Below, in pieces: positions 13,435-25,957 of a stretch of 56,962 nt of DNA. The position numbers and the translations under genes were made by a program. Every line of letters begins with the position of its first letter. The first letter of the stretch is position 1. Origin of the DNA: Octopus bimaculoides. Lineage: Eukaryota. The stretch spans positions 3,932,430 to 3,989,391 of the forward strand of contig NC_069003.1 of NCBI RefSeq assembly GCF_001194135.2, given 5' to 3'. The notes below the pieces were generated by a model, which saw only the letters and a list, made by a program, of their open reading frames with translations, was not told where the DNA came from and made no database searches.

Positions 13435-14478
13435 ATATATTCGTTTTGCAAGATTCTTGATATGAAATCGTGTGTTGAAACAGATATTGTTGTATTTGGG
13501 GAGGGTCATGTTGCCAGTTTAGCCAATAAAAAGAGCCGCAGTAAATATTTGGTGTTAATTTGTTTCACCTTTATTTTACATTACATTAATAGTATTTCGG
13601 CCTGAATTCTTTCGTCACACTTCTGTGACCTCATCAGTGGTCCTTTGCTTTCTTCTTTCTTATTATGTGTGTCTTTCCTTACTAACGATCAGCGATGTTG
13701 TATTTTGCATTCCTGTTGTATGTGTCTTTATTTGCGCATGCGTATATTCCTATGTGTGTCTATGTTTAGCAAGTGCGTGTGTGTGAGGGGAGTGCCTGTA
13801 TTATTTGTATCATCTATTAAATTTAAAGGTGTTTCCATTATTTTGTCCAACTCCTGTATATATATAAATGTGTATGTATATGTATATGTATCTTCGAACG
13901 TATATCTATAGAAGTATAGGCTTGCCACATAAACAGCGGTACATGTGGTTAATATCTCAATGCTGATGCCAGGATAGTGTTTCTCCAATAACTGTAGTCA
14001 AAGCTAATTAAAATAAGCATTATGTTCGACATTTAAATATACGACCTGCGAACATTCCTGCCCGTTTTTCCTTTACTATTCATATGATAGAGATTATGTA
14101 GCTGCCATTGTAGTAACGTGCATCATATCAGCACATGTAATATATATGGATTCCATGAATAAGAAAAAATATTTCAAGCCGTGATATTATAATTATTTAG
14201 TTTATAATGTTTAAATATGTCCGTATAAATCTTAATAATTGGCACATACGCAGTAATAAGTGTGCGTGCGTACAAATGTTAATATTTGTATGTGTGTGTG
14301 TATATGAGTGTGTGTGTTTATCTGTGTCTCGTATTTCAAATAGCAGAACGTTTACTCATTCAAAGAGAATGGATTTTAGAGAAGATATATTAGCGTACAA
14401 ATGTCCTGCTATTCCTTCCAGTATTTTCAGTATGCGCTTATACTTTCTCTGACTGAGTATCTCTCTACGACCGTCAAC

Positions 14479-14526
<48 letters not shown>

Positions 14527-15717
14527 NNNNNNNNNNNNNNNNNNNNNNNNNNNNNNNNNNNNNNNNNNNNNNNNNNNNNNNNNNNNNNNNNNNNNNNNNN
14601 NNNNNNNNNNNNNNNNNNNNNNNNNNNNNNNNNNNNNNNNNNNNNNNNNNNNNNNNNNNNNNNNNNNNNNNNNNNNNNNNNNNNNNNNNNNNNNNNNNNN
14701 NNNNNNNNNNNNNNNNNNNNNNNNNNNNNNNNNNNNNNNNNNNNNNNNNNNTATATATATTGTATTATATAGTATTGTATAGTATGTAGAACGTCTGATA
14801 GATAGATAGATAGATAGAAAGATAGATAGATGCACGGATAGATGAAGAGACCGATAGGTAGATAGACAGAAATGTAGAGAGAGAGAAACATATGTGTACA
14901 TATGTATTCGAGGTGTATGCATGTGTTTATGCACGCCGGGGTCTAGTTATCTGCTTATATGATTATGTAACGAACCATCTCGTGCAATATGTTTTTCTCC
15001 TCTTGTTTTAACCGAAACACCGGAAACAATAAGAAAAAACGAAAGCAAAAAGAAACAGAAAAACATTTCATACGTTTTCCACAACTAATTAAATAAATGA
15101 GATATTTAATTGCAAACACAAGGGAAATGTTTCTGAGATTGTTGGTCAGTTGAAACAGAGGTGTTATTTAATTAAATCTGTTTTATTAATGAGAAAATAC
15201 TGATGCACACACAAATGCATATATGCAGAAATATACATTAAGCATATAATATTGTTCATAATTATAATACTACTATTGATAATAAAGTAATAATGATACA
15301 AACAAAACTACATCTAAAAACAGCAATTAACAATTTCTCACACTAAATTTCAAGGCTCACTATGTCCTTCATTCATCAATTGCTACAAGGTTGTTGTTTT
15401 TGTTTTTTTCAACTTAGTGGATGTATAATTCTGCTGTCTGTCATATATTCAATTTTTCCCTAGAGAATGGCACTATCCAAAATATTGGATCTTCCACTTC
15501 CTTCGAAAACTGCACGGCGCCCTTTTTATCGACATCCCTCCATAATATAAGCTTTGGCAACGCGGGACTACGCCAGCGTGTTTAAACTCCTTTTGAAAAT
15601 ATACATACGTGTGTGTGTGTGTGTGTATGTGTATGTACATGTATATACATACACACACAGATGTACATATATATATACACATACATATTTACAGACACAT
15701 GTTTATATATATTTATA

Positions 15718-15777
<60 letters not shown>

Positions 15778-15932
15778 NNNNNNNNNNNNNNNNNNNNNNN
15801 NNNNNNNNNNNNNNNNNNNNNNNNNNNNNNNNNNNNNNNNNNNNNNNNNNNNNNNNNNNNNNNNNNNNNNNNNNNNNNNNNNNNNNNNNNNNNNNNNNNN
15901 NNNNNNNNNNNNNNNNNNNNNNNNNNNNNNNN

Positions 15933-15996
<64 letters not shown>

Positions 15997-16710
15997 CATA
16001 TATATATATATATATATATGCATTATTTGTTATATATTCAAGTATGCCTACCTCGCCTTATTTGTCATGCTCTTATTTGTATATTTATCTTAATTTGTGT
16101 GTGTGTGCGTGTGTTCGTGTACCTATGTATAAACCGTCAACATAAACATATGCGTAGAATGGCACTCAGTGTGGAATTTAACCGCGATGACTTAGTTCAC
16201 CATAAATACTTTGACAGTTATGACCTCGTGCCATATATAAGCTGCTAGAATGTCACTGGCAGATGTTTTGACGTCATTCCGCCTCCTCAGTGACCAGTAA
16301 CAGCTTAATCATTTGAAATGTTGATAGGGAAATGTCTTCGTATATAGAAGTAACAAGACAGTATATTTTCTGATGACTGCAGATGGGAGCGATGTTCACT
16401 CTCAACACTACAAGAACGTGAAAAAGTAAAAATCAAAACCAGAATGTCTACATCATTTATGGAGCTTTCGTCTATCTACATACTGACTTGGAACGCAACT
16501 GTGCAACTTGTATCTTCAGTGAACAACTTATCAAAGACTTTCTGATCAAAAAACGCTAAATCTTCCAAAATTAGCTTAGCGGACTAGCAGAGAGTTTTGA
16601 TTTAAATTTCTCTTATCAGTGACATATAATAAGTCGTTCATTTGTAATTAACCATTCAGTTCCTATTCAGAAATCTGCATACCAGTTTTGTGGACGTGAG
16701 TTCTGTCTTG

Positions 16711-16880
16711 CAGCAGCAGCAGCAGCAGCAGCAGCGGCAACAAGAAGAAGAAGAAGAAGAAGAAGAGCAGCTACAACGACAACTACAGCAAGTATTAACT
16801 GATTGATTACAAGCAGAAGAAATAAAAGGAGAAAGTACAAAGATGTAAGAAAAAGAAGATGAAGATAAAGAAGAAGGTTG
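16711..16880. repeat. (CAG)8 followed by (GAA)7 and a GA-rich tract
   Basis: Direct. Confidence 0.9.
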
Positions 16881-17678
16881 GGGAGGAAACTGCGAAGTTG
16901 TGAGTTGTTAAATGAAAGCCAGTTGCGTCGTGTCACATCTATGATACAACATCTTATGAACCAAACAAATTAAACGCGGATATCGCAAAGAAACCAACTA
17001 ATAAATTCAATATTTATTGCGAGAAATAATTACAAATGATTCCACTTAAATCTTAGAAAGTAATGTCGGTCGTAAAATATTGCAAATGTTAACTTACCTA
17101 TCAGAAATGTCTCGACACCTAGATTTTATTCAGCAACTTTTGCTTTATAGTAGCAATTTCGTCAACTCCGAATTAGCGTTGGAGTTGATAAATGAATGAA
17201 TGAATAAATAGATTTCTAATTTCTGATTATATCGGGAGAAATTTCTCGAATGAAATATATTTAAATGATTTGAATTCTTACGAACAATGATGAGACGTAC
17301 TGGAATCTCGCGCTAACGCTGTGGTGATTTCGTTTCATTCGTGGAGATGCTCTTACGCGTCATCACTCGTTTGCACAATCACATTCATATGCTCACACAC
17401 TCCAGACACACAATTATATATATATATATATNNNNNNNNNNNNNNNNNNNNNNNNNNNNNNNNNNNNNNNNNNNNNNNNNNNNNNNNNNNNNNNNNNNNN
17501 NNNNNNNNNNNNNNNNNNNNNNNNNNNNNNNNNNNNNNNNNNNNNNNNNNNNNNNNNNNNNNNNNNNNNNNNNNNNNNNNNNNNNNNNNNNNNNNNNNNN
17601 NNNNNNNNNNNNNNNNNNNNNNNNNNNNNNNNNNNNNNNNNNNNNNNNNNNNNNNNNNNNNNNNNNNNNNNNNNNNNN

Positions 17679-17719
<41 letters not shown>

Positions 17720-17921
17720 ATGAACAGCAAGGACACATAGGCACACGCATGCACACACACGTATATACATCAGATAGAGACACATCTTCCAACGAAATGT
17801 ACCTCGTAAATGTAAAATGAACGAACACTCACCCAACAAAGAAATAGAAACGCACAAACTCCGCATACTCACACATCAGGTGAGTATGTATGTGTATATG
17901 TATATATGTATATATAGAGGG

Positions 17922-18350
17922 AGAGGGAGGGGTGAATAAATTATCGTCTAAATTACGGAGAAAATGAAAATAACACTGACATCTCATCTTAACAGATATA
18001 TTTATCAAAAGCACATAAAAATATTTTGAAATTCTAAAGAGTAAATTTATTCAATAAAATCGCCATCGGCTTCAACCACGGCCTCCAGACGAGTTTCGAA
18101 TCTCCTGCCAGCTTTTCTGGATGGTCTCCTTGTTTAAGTTGGTGAATGCTGCCATAATCTTTGCCTTCAGTTCATCTTTGGTGATACAAAGGAGTTTTGT
18201 TAGTCTCTCGCTCAACTGCAGTCTGAGGAGTTAGGTGGCCAGATGTTAGGGGTGGTGTGGTCCCAGAAATTGTCTGACAGCCACGACTGGGTTCAGCTTT
18301 CGTGGCATGATACAGATAGGGTCTTGCAGCAGCCACCCTCTTCACCCAGA
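17922..18350 (-). mobile_element. Tc1/mariner transposon remnant: transposase C-terminus, 3' UTR and one eroded terminal repeat
   Basis: The minus strand across frameshifts gives WVKRVAAARPY / TQSWLSDNFWDHTTPNIWPPNSSDC / AVERETNKTP / TKDELKAKIMAAFTNLNKET / RRFETRLEAVVEADGDFIE* (stop 18047-18049). WPPNS(P)D and RLEAVVEA.G..FE are Tc1/mariner hallmarks. GGTGAATAAATTATCGTC near 17930 looks like a TIR remnant beside a TA run. Confidence 0.9.
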
Positions 18351-19884
18351 ACAAGATATTGTGGAACCGCTTTTTGGGGATTATTTTTCCTGCACAAATG
18401 GTTTACTGAAGTTATGTCATGTACCTTCTTTTCTCTACAAACTATGCGTGACCCTGTACGTAAATTGCCACGGTGTCTTTCCTTATATTAATGCTTTGAA
18501 ACATTGCCACTCTTGTACAGATTGAGTTGGGTTTCAGTAATGGAAATAAATGGAAACAGTGACGTAGTTTGAGAATTGGGAATTGATGAATCTATTATGT
18601 GTTTGCGTCATAAATAAGAGAGAAAGTACTTCTTCGAGAAATCTAAGATTCTTTAGAAAAAAAAAATTGCTGTTGGAAGCGAAATTGAAAAGGTTTTACA
18701 CGATTTGCGAGACGCTGTTGTGTTTCTTTCTGAATAAGAAGATGAAACTTCGAGCTTTATAACGAAAACAACTATTGACGTTTAATCCTCATTTAAAAGC
18801 AATTCCTAAATGGATTACACATTTTATAAATCATCATTTTATCATGCTACGTTGGAGAATAATAGTGAGTTAACTTAGGCTTAAAATGAGGGAAAACATT
18901 TATTTAATTCCAAAGAATCGTCTTTTGTTTGTTTAAGATATTCCTGAACTTATTTAATCAAAACGGAGAATGCTGATAAAATTGCGACGTATTTCGAAAT
19001 GCTTGCTGATATGACTATTGATTGAGATGAGAGTAAAGCCTTATGTGTTTGCTCAGAAGGGAATACGGAAAACAGCGTTGTACAATATTGTTCGAAAAAA
19101 CTGCTAAACAGCTGCTTTAGGGCATATTGAAACGGAAGCCTCTAAAGCTTTACTAACGTGTAGCTGTGTGTTGTGACGAAGGTGACAGACATGCTATAAT
19201 TTCTTTGAGAAGCAGATTACCACGCTGGAGCTTTCTCTAGGATATCACACGGATGATGTAAAAACAGATAACGATTGCATCAGCATATGTGATTCTAGTG
19301 GGTTAACAGACATTTTACAGCTAAAATATGTTTGTGTTAATCCATTTCAAGAAGAAATAAAAGCGTCATAATGAAAATATTTTGTTAATCCTACTCACGA
19401 ATTTTTAGGGAATATTTTTTTTTTCACTATTCACGGTAACTAATTTTATCATGGACAAATGTAACAAGAAATTCTTAGAAATATGAATCCTCTGAATATT
19501 ACAAAGATACTTGGTTGATCGAAGATAATGTTAGAATGACACAAAAAGAAATTGGTGATACAGGAAAAAAAAGTAGACAATTGGCGGTAAAAGATATTGA
19601 TTAAAGAAGCTAATATCAATGGATAATGCGATGATATTGATTAAGATATAAAGGAGATTTTCGTAAAATGCTTTTCTTCTTTTATTTCTTTTTTCGTGCA
19701 ATAACCATCATATTATGCCTTTTATACGCATATAGGACGCATTCTTCATGTTTAGAAAAACCATGTGAGCATGATGCAGACGTAAATATGGTATAAATAC
19801 TTACATGTATATATATATGAGTGAGTGTGTGTGTGTGTGTTTGTGTGAGTGTGTGTGTGTATACATGAAACAGTTATCGTGTAC

Positions 19885-20030
19885 TAAGAAATATGCTTCC
19901 CAACCATATAGTTCCGGGTTCAGTTCCACTGGTTGCTCAGCACATTGTCCAAATGTTTTCTATTATAGCCTCGGTCCGACAAATGATTTGTGAGTGGATT
20001 TGCTAGACGGAAACTGAAAGAAGCCGCTCA
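19885..20030 (+). mobile_element. SINE family A, 5' half
   Basis: TGCTTCCCAACCATATAGTTCCGGGTTCAGTTCCACTG..TTGTGAGTGGATTTGCTAGACGGAAACTGAAAGAAGCC, followed by (TA)n. Confidence 0.9.
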
Positions 20031-20031
20031 G

Positions 20032-20072
<41 letters not shown>

Positions 20073-21249
20073 AAGAGAGATAGATAGATATAGATATCAA
20101 TACATTGATGTATGTATGTATGCATGCATATATGTATGCATGCATGTATGTATGCATGCATGTATGTATATGTGTAAGTGTGTCCTATGTGTTTTCAAAT
20201 ATGTATATCACGAAATCTATCCCTTCATCGTTTTGATGTAATGACAGCACCCATGAGAGCTACCACTGCTACTCTACAGAAATTCACGATCTTTGTTGTT
20301 ACATGAAAATATTACATTACAACTCACATCTCGAATTTCTTTTGATGTTATTAGATTGGAGAAGCATGTGGTTTCTCTTCGGTTACTTCAAGCTGTGGTA
20401 AATATTCATAAATTAGTTTTAGTTTAAACAGTTTCCAAGATTTTAAACCGGTGCAGAAGACAAGTGAAACAGCTTAGCATCAAATGATTTTTTTGATCCT
20501 TGCTAGAAAATTACTATACATCTACATAATAAATACAAAAAAAACTCGCTTGTCAAAGACAGCACCGAAATCATTGATTTTATAACAAAAGCATAAATGG
20601 CATAATATATACAAATATTGGATAGGTAGCATGCTTAGAAAATCCTTTTCTAAGCTCACCACATATGTATCTAGCTACTTTAAAACAATCATTTCGCTTA
20701 GGATGTTATTGACTGAAGCTTTAGTTCGAAGATGTGTGTGCTTTTGATGACAAATATATATTCCGTGTCTTTGTAATATCAATAGAGTGCTATACAGTTC
20801 GCTGCCGTCCCAAGGCATGTTAGATTCGTTTTAAGAAGTAACAGCCAGTGCACATCGTCTGCAAAAACCTAAAACCTATGTGGATGTCATATATGAATAG
20901 TTCGTGAGTGTATTATCTTAGAATAACCTGAAGACAATTACTATATTTTGTATCCGCCGATGAATGAAATATATCAACAAAAACAATAATTTAAAGAAAG
21001 GCAAGAGAGTTAAGGTACCAACTCGAAAGAGAATTCCTGCAGTTAATCCTAAGATTTCTGTTTAACTACGAGGCATAGGTGAAGTTGCTCTACGTGTGGA
21101 AAGTAACTTGATGACATCTACTATGCGTTGACTTACACGAACAGCACTAACTTCACTTTCTCAAATATTTTGGCTTTCATAGACGGAACGAATGCCGTTG
21201 TGAAATTATCAAGTTTTAACCACTACTAAGCACCAGTTTGAACCAGGAC

Positions 21250-21284
<35 letters not shown>

Positions 21285-21294
<10 letters not shown>

Positions 21295-21356
21295 TAATTA
21301 TACAGTTATGTAGATACGTATATGTGAGTGTACATGCATGTATACGTCTATAGCTG

Positions 21357-21392
<36 letters not shown>

Positions 21393-21454
21393 TAATTATA
21401 CAGTTATGTAGATACGTATATGTGAGTGTACATGCATGTATACGTCTATAGCTG
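21285..21454. repeat. Exact 72-bp duplication separated by (TA)n, period 98
   Basis: 21285-21356 is identical to 21383-21454. Confidence 0.95.
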
Positions 21455-21495
<41 letters not shown>

Positions 21496-22214
21496 AACCA
21501 CACACGCACAGACACACACACACACACAGACACACACACACACATGTATGTATGTATGTGTGTATTAATCGTGATAAATTTTAATATTAAATAAAATAAG
21601 ACCGAAATAATTTTAGGAAACTAGGGAACTTTAATGAAAAAGTTAGTTTAGGGAAAATTCTTATCAGAAATTTTAAAATGAAGGAACTAAATTGAAAAGA
21701 ACGATCTCAGAAATAAAAAATTAATAAATCATCACAAGTTATGAATAAATTCGGTTTTCAAAATTAAAAATAAAACGAACTGAAATTACATTAGCGCAGT
21801 AATTAAGTGGTAATATGAAATCCTTAATCCTAAAGTGAATCTCAGCAATGTTTGATCGTTAATCATGATGAATATTGACGGTGATAGATGTTTCGCCAAT
21901 CGATGTACATGTATTGAATCGGAAACGAAGGAAGTTACATAAAAACAGATGTATATACTTGCATACTAACACCTGTACAGACATGAATATATATATGTAA
22001 ATGTATGTATGTGTGTGTGTGTGTGTGTGCGTGCGTGCGTTTGTGTGTGTGTATAAATATCTGAGCACACAAAGATATATGTAGATTAATATATACATAC
22101 ATATGAACTTACACACACATGTTCGTATATAAGTGTCTGCACACGCGCACGTACACACACACACACACATGTACTATTGAACCGCTCACATTCTCGTTAT
22201 GTGCCTCTCATTTT

Positions 22215-22368
22215 CTCCCCCCTCTCTCTCCTCTCTCGCTCTCTCTCTCCTCTCTCGCTCTCTCGCTCTCTCTCCTCTCCCTCTCTCCCTCTCTCCCACC
22301 CTCTCCCCCTCTCTCTCCCCCTGTCTCGCTCTCCCCCTCTCTCTCCCCCTCTCTTGCTCTCCCCCTCT
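22215..22368. repeat. CT-rich polypyrimidine tract running into a gap
   Basis: Direct: (CT)n interspersed with CCCCC runs. Confidence 0.9.
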
Positions 22369-23023
22369 NNNNNNNNNNNNNNNNNNNNNNNNNNNNNNNN
22401 NNNNNNNNNNNNNNNNNNNNNNNNNNNNNNNNNNNNNNNNNNNNNNNNNNNNNNNNNNNNNNNNNNNNNNNNNNNNNNNNNNNNNNNNNNNNNNNNNNNN
22501 NNNNNNNNNNNNNNNNNNNNNNNNNNNNNNNNNNNNNNNNNNNNNNNNNNNNNNNNNNNNNNNNNNNNNNNNNNNNNNNNNNNNNNNNNNNNNNNNNNNN
22601 NNNNNNNNNNNNNNNNNNNNNNNNNNNNNNNNNNNNNNNNNNNNNNNNNNNNNNNNNNNNNNNNNNNNNNNNNNNNNNNNNNNNNNNNNNNNNNNNNNNN
22701 NNNNNNNNNNNNNNNNNNNNNNNNNNNNNNNNNNNNNNNNNNNNNNNNNNNNNNNNNNNNNNNNNNNNNNNNNNNNNNNNNNNNNNNNNNNNNNNNNNNN
22801 NNNNNNNNNNNNNNNNNNNNNNNNNNNNNNNNNNNNNNNNNNNNNNNNNNNNNNNNNNNNNNNNNNNNNNNNNNNNNNNNNNNNNNNNNNNNNNNNNNNN
22901 NNNNNNNNNNNNNNNNNNNNNNNNNNNNNNNNNNNNNNNNNNNNNNNNNNNNNNNNNNNNNNNNNNNNNNNNNNNNNNNNNNNNNNNNNNNNNNNNNNNN
23001 NNATATATATATATATATATACT

Positions 23024-23145
23024 CGAGGGCTTCTTTCAGTTCCTGTCTACCAAATCCACCTACAGGCCTTTGGTTGGCCAATTGTTGAAAGTACCACGTA
23101 GTGGAACTGAGCTCGGAATCAGGTTCTTTGGAGGCAATCTTCACA
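23024..23145 (-). mobile_element. SINE family A, 5' half (degenerate)
   Basis: GGGCTTCTTTCAGTTCCTGTCTACCAAATCCAC..TTTGGTTGGCC..AGTGGAACTGAGCTCGGAA is the reverse complement of the family A head and core. Confidence 0.85.
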
Positions 23146-24244
23146 CACACACACACACCTACGCCTGCTCCTTAGCATGGAGGAATGCTAGCATGTATGT
23201 ATATGTGTGTTTTTAATACAATATATCCAATCGCAATCGCCTATGCTGAGACAACATTGATTGATTTTGATTGTCCGTGACCTTAACTAGTTACCAGAAA
23301 CACGCGCTATACCAGTCATTTTAACGGTGTATATGTTACGTATATATATATACATACTTACTTAGACACACACGCGCTCACACACACACAAAGCCACACA
23401 CACACACACACAAACATATACGTAAAAATGTGTGCGTAAGTGTGTGTGTCCGCGCGTGTCTTGTGGTGGTGGGTGTTTGAATGTATGCATACATACGTAC
23501 ATATATATATGTGTGTGTGCGCGTGTGCTTCTGTGTGTCAGTGTGTGTGAGCATGCGTGTAACTATAATTGCTTCCTTGATTGGAATTGTCTACACGCAT
23601 CGACACGTTTCGCGTATTGGTGTATACATATAATTCTATGCGTATATATATAAATGTGTATGTATGTGATCATTAACCTCGGTAGTTGCATATAGTTCGT
23701 AAAAAAATAGGTTTCAAGAGGAGTATGTTAGAAAATTTGATATGTAGTTGGTGTTGCTAGGTTTATCCTTAATAATACTTCCCGGTTTTTGTGGCTGGGA
23801 GCGATCTGCAGGAATGTAATTACTCAAATTATATCGTTTTCTCCTGTCACGTGACATTTGCATGATTCTTTTTAATTGTATTTTAAATAATGGGTTGTCA
23901 ATCTAAATGAAAACCTTAAAGCTATGTTCACTTTCCTTCTTTAATTAAGAAATATATCACGATATTTATTTTCATGTCTGTTGTTTTTGCCTTTGATTCG
24001 ATCGTTTTTACTCGGTACTAGCTTCTTCGTGAACGACGAGACTTTTATATGTATCTCTCTGACTATAGCCAGGATTTCTCTCTTATTTTGAGGTATTGAA
24101 TATTTCAGATTTTTTTTTTTTGGCTACAATTGCTAGTAGGCTGACCGAGATAATATAGATATGTTTTATAGTTGGTTCCTTGTCGCCATGTTTACTGGGT
24201 TTTAGATGCTGATTCTAATGGATGTTGGGGTAGTGGCTGTCGAG

Positions 24245-24290
24245 GTAATACTGTAGTAAAAGTAATACTGTAGTAAAAGTAATACTGTAG
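24245..24290. repeat. 17-bp tandem repeat GTAATACTGTAGTAAAA x2.7
   Basis: Direct. Confidence 0.95.
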
Positions 24291-24417
24291 GCTTCGTGGC
24301 GGTGGTTTTTGCTGTGTTTGTGGTGGCGCTGCTGGTGATGGTGGTAAATGAGGTTTGTTGAAGGGTTCGTGCTTATTTGGTTGTTCAAATTAGATCAGCT
24401 CTGATCACTCAGTCCAA

Positions 24418-24759
24418 GGATCTTTTTTAAAACGGGGGCCACATTTTTCATTAATGTTTTACGTAGTGTTTTTGGTACCGAAAGACTTTCAAACTTCGTA
24501 TACTTATCTATTTTGTGTTATAGAACAGAAAAATATTTTTGTATTCGAATTTATTTCATGTAAAAAATTGTCTTTTTTCGATAATTTCAACCAATCACTG
24601 ACAAGTATTCAGTTGTTTACATTTACTCCTTTGGCTGATTAAGCCATAGCTTCGTTTTATTTGCTTTTTTCATTTTAAATTTGCTTTTTTTCATTTTCTT
24701 TTCTTCGTTTTATTTGCTTTTTTCTTTTTAAATTTGCTGTTTTACCCTAAACCTAACCC
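24418..24759 (+). mobile_element. Foldback/MITE-like element, copy 1 (left arm, ends in TACCCTAAACCTAACCC at a gap)
   Basis: The first 37 bp are the exact reverse complement of 55105-55141. The 21-mer at 24582-24602 matches the reverse complement of 54963-54983. The CTTCGTTTTATTTGCTTTTTTCATTTTAAATTTGCT block is shared with 54798-54834. Confidence 0.82.
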
Positions 24760-25153
24760 NNNNNNNNNNNNNNNNNNNNNNNNNNNNNNNNNNNNNNNNN
24801 NNNNNNNNNNNNNNNNNNNNNNNNNNNNNNNNNNNNNNNNNNNNNNNNNNNNNNNNNNNNNNNNNNNNNNNNNNNNNNNNNNNNNNNNNNNNNNNNNNNN
24901 NNNNNNNNNNNNNNNNNNNNNNNNNNNNNNNNNNNNNNNNNNNNNNNNNNNNNNNNNNNNNNNNNNNNNNNNNNNNNNNNNNNNNNNNNNNNNNNNNNNN
25001 NNNNNNNNNNNNNNNNNNNNNNNNNNNNNNNNNNNNNNNNNNNNNNNNNNNNNNNNNNNNNNNNNNNNNNNNNNNNNNNNNNNNNNNNNNNNNNNNNNNN
25101 NNNNNNNATATTTATGTATGCATGTGTATGTGTGTGTGTGTGTTATATCAATA

Positions 25154-25333
25154 GGCGCTGGCAGAATTGTTAGCTCACCGGGCGAAATGCCTAGCTGTAT
25201 TTCGTCTGCCGATACGGTCTGAGATCAAATTCCGCCGAGGTCGACTTTGCCTTTCATCATTTCGGGGTGGATAAATTAAGTACCAGTTGCGTACTGGTCC
25301 GATCTAATCGACTGCCTCCCATCCAAATTTCAG
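25154..25333 (+). mobile_element. tRNA-derived SINE, family B
   Basis: GGCGCTGGCAGAATTGTTAG head, GAGATCAAATTCCGCCGAGG B-box region, then CTTTCATCATTTCGGGGTGGATAAATTAAGTACCAG, which resembles the Deu/Nin-type conserved SINE domain. Six other copies are in the window. Confidence 0.9.
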
Positions 25334-25440
25334 TAGAAATGATTGTCATTGTTCAACCATAAGAAAATTATTTCCAACATCTCTATCAACACGAATTTGT
25401 CTGGTCTGAGAATGACATGATTTACACAACACGGAAACCG

Positions 25441-25502
25441 TATAATTATTTCACGGCTTTTAATATTCTCGAGAGAATATTGAAAGCAGTGAAATAATTA
25501 TA
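25441..25502. other. 62-nt near-perfect hairpin (about 30-bp arms, 2 differences)
   Basis: TATAATTATTTCACGGCTTTTAATATTCTC-GA-GAGAATATTGAAAGCAGTGAAATAATTATA. Confidence 0.92.
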
Positions 25503-25610
25503 TGACATGAAGGAAATCTCGAACGCAGCAGAATAGCTGTGAAAAGAGTTTAGAGGATTGGTTAAGCGGTCAGCAAACTGCTACACAGAATCGAACTCTG
25601 TGTCCCTCAA

Positions 25611-25642
<32 letters not shown>

Positions 25643-25694
25643 TATTCAATAATAGGATAAAATCTTTAATAAGAATTTATCAAGCTGCTAGCGT

Positions 25695-25856
25695 AGAGAG
25701 AGAAAGAGAGAGAGAGAGAAAGAGAGAAAGAAAGAGAGAAAGAAAGAGAGAAAGAAAGAAAGAGAGAAAGAAAAAAGAGAAAGAGAGAGAGAGAAAGAAA
25801 GAGAAAGAGAGAGAAAGAAAAGAGAGAGAGAGAAAGAAAGAGAGAGAAAGAAAAGA

Positions 25857-25919
<63 letters not shown>

Positions 25920-25957
25920 CGAAAGAGAGAGAGAGAGAAAGAAAGAGAGAGAGAGAT
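25695..25957. repeat. Compound (GA)n/(GAAA)n polypurine microsatellite
   Basis: Direct. Confidence 0.95.

Noticed and set aside
16370-16376. CTGATGA as a hammerhead core
   Set aside because: No stem II followed by GAAA downstream.
17162-17188. Short hairpin TCAACTCC/GGAGTTGA (and similar 7-9-bp stems at about 31347 and 37235)
   Set aside because: Several stems of this length are expected by chance.
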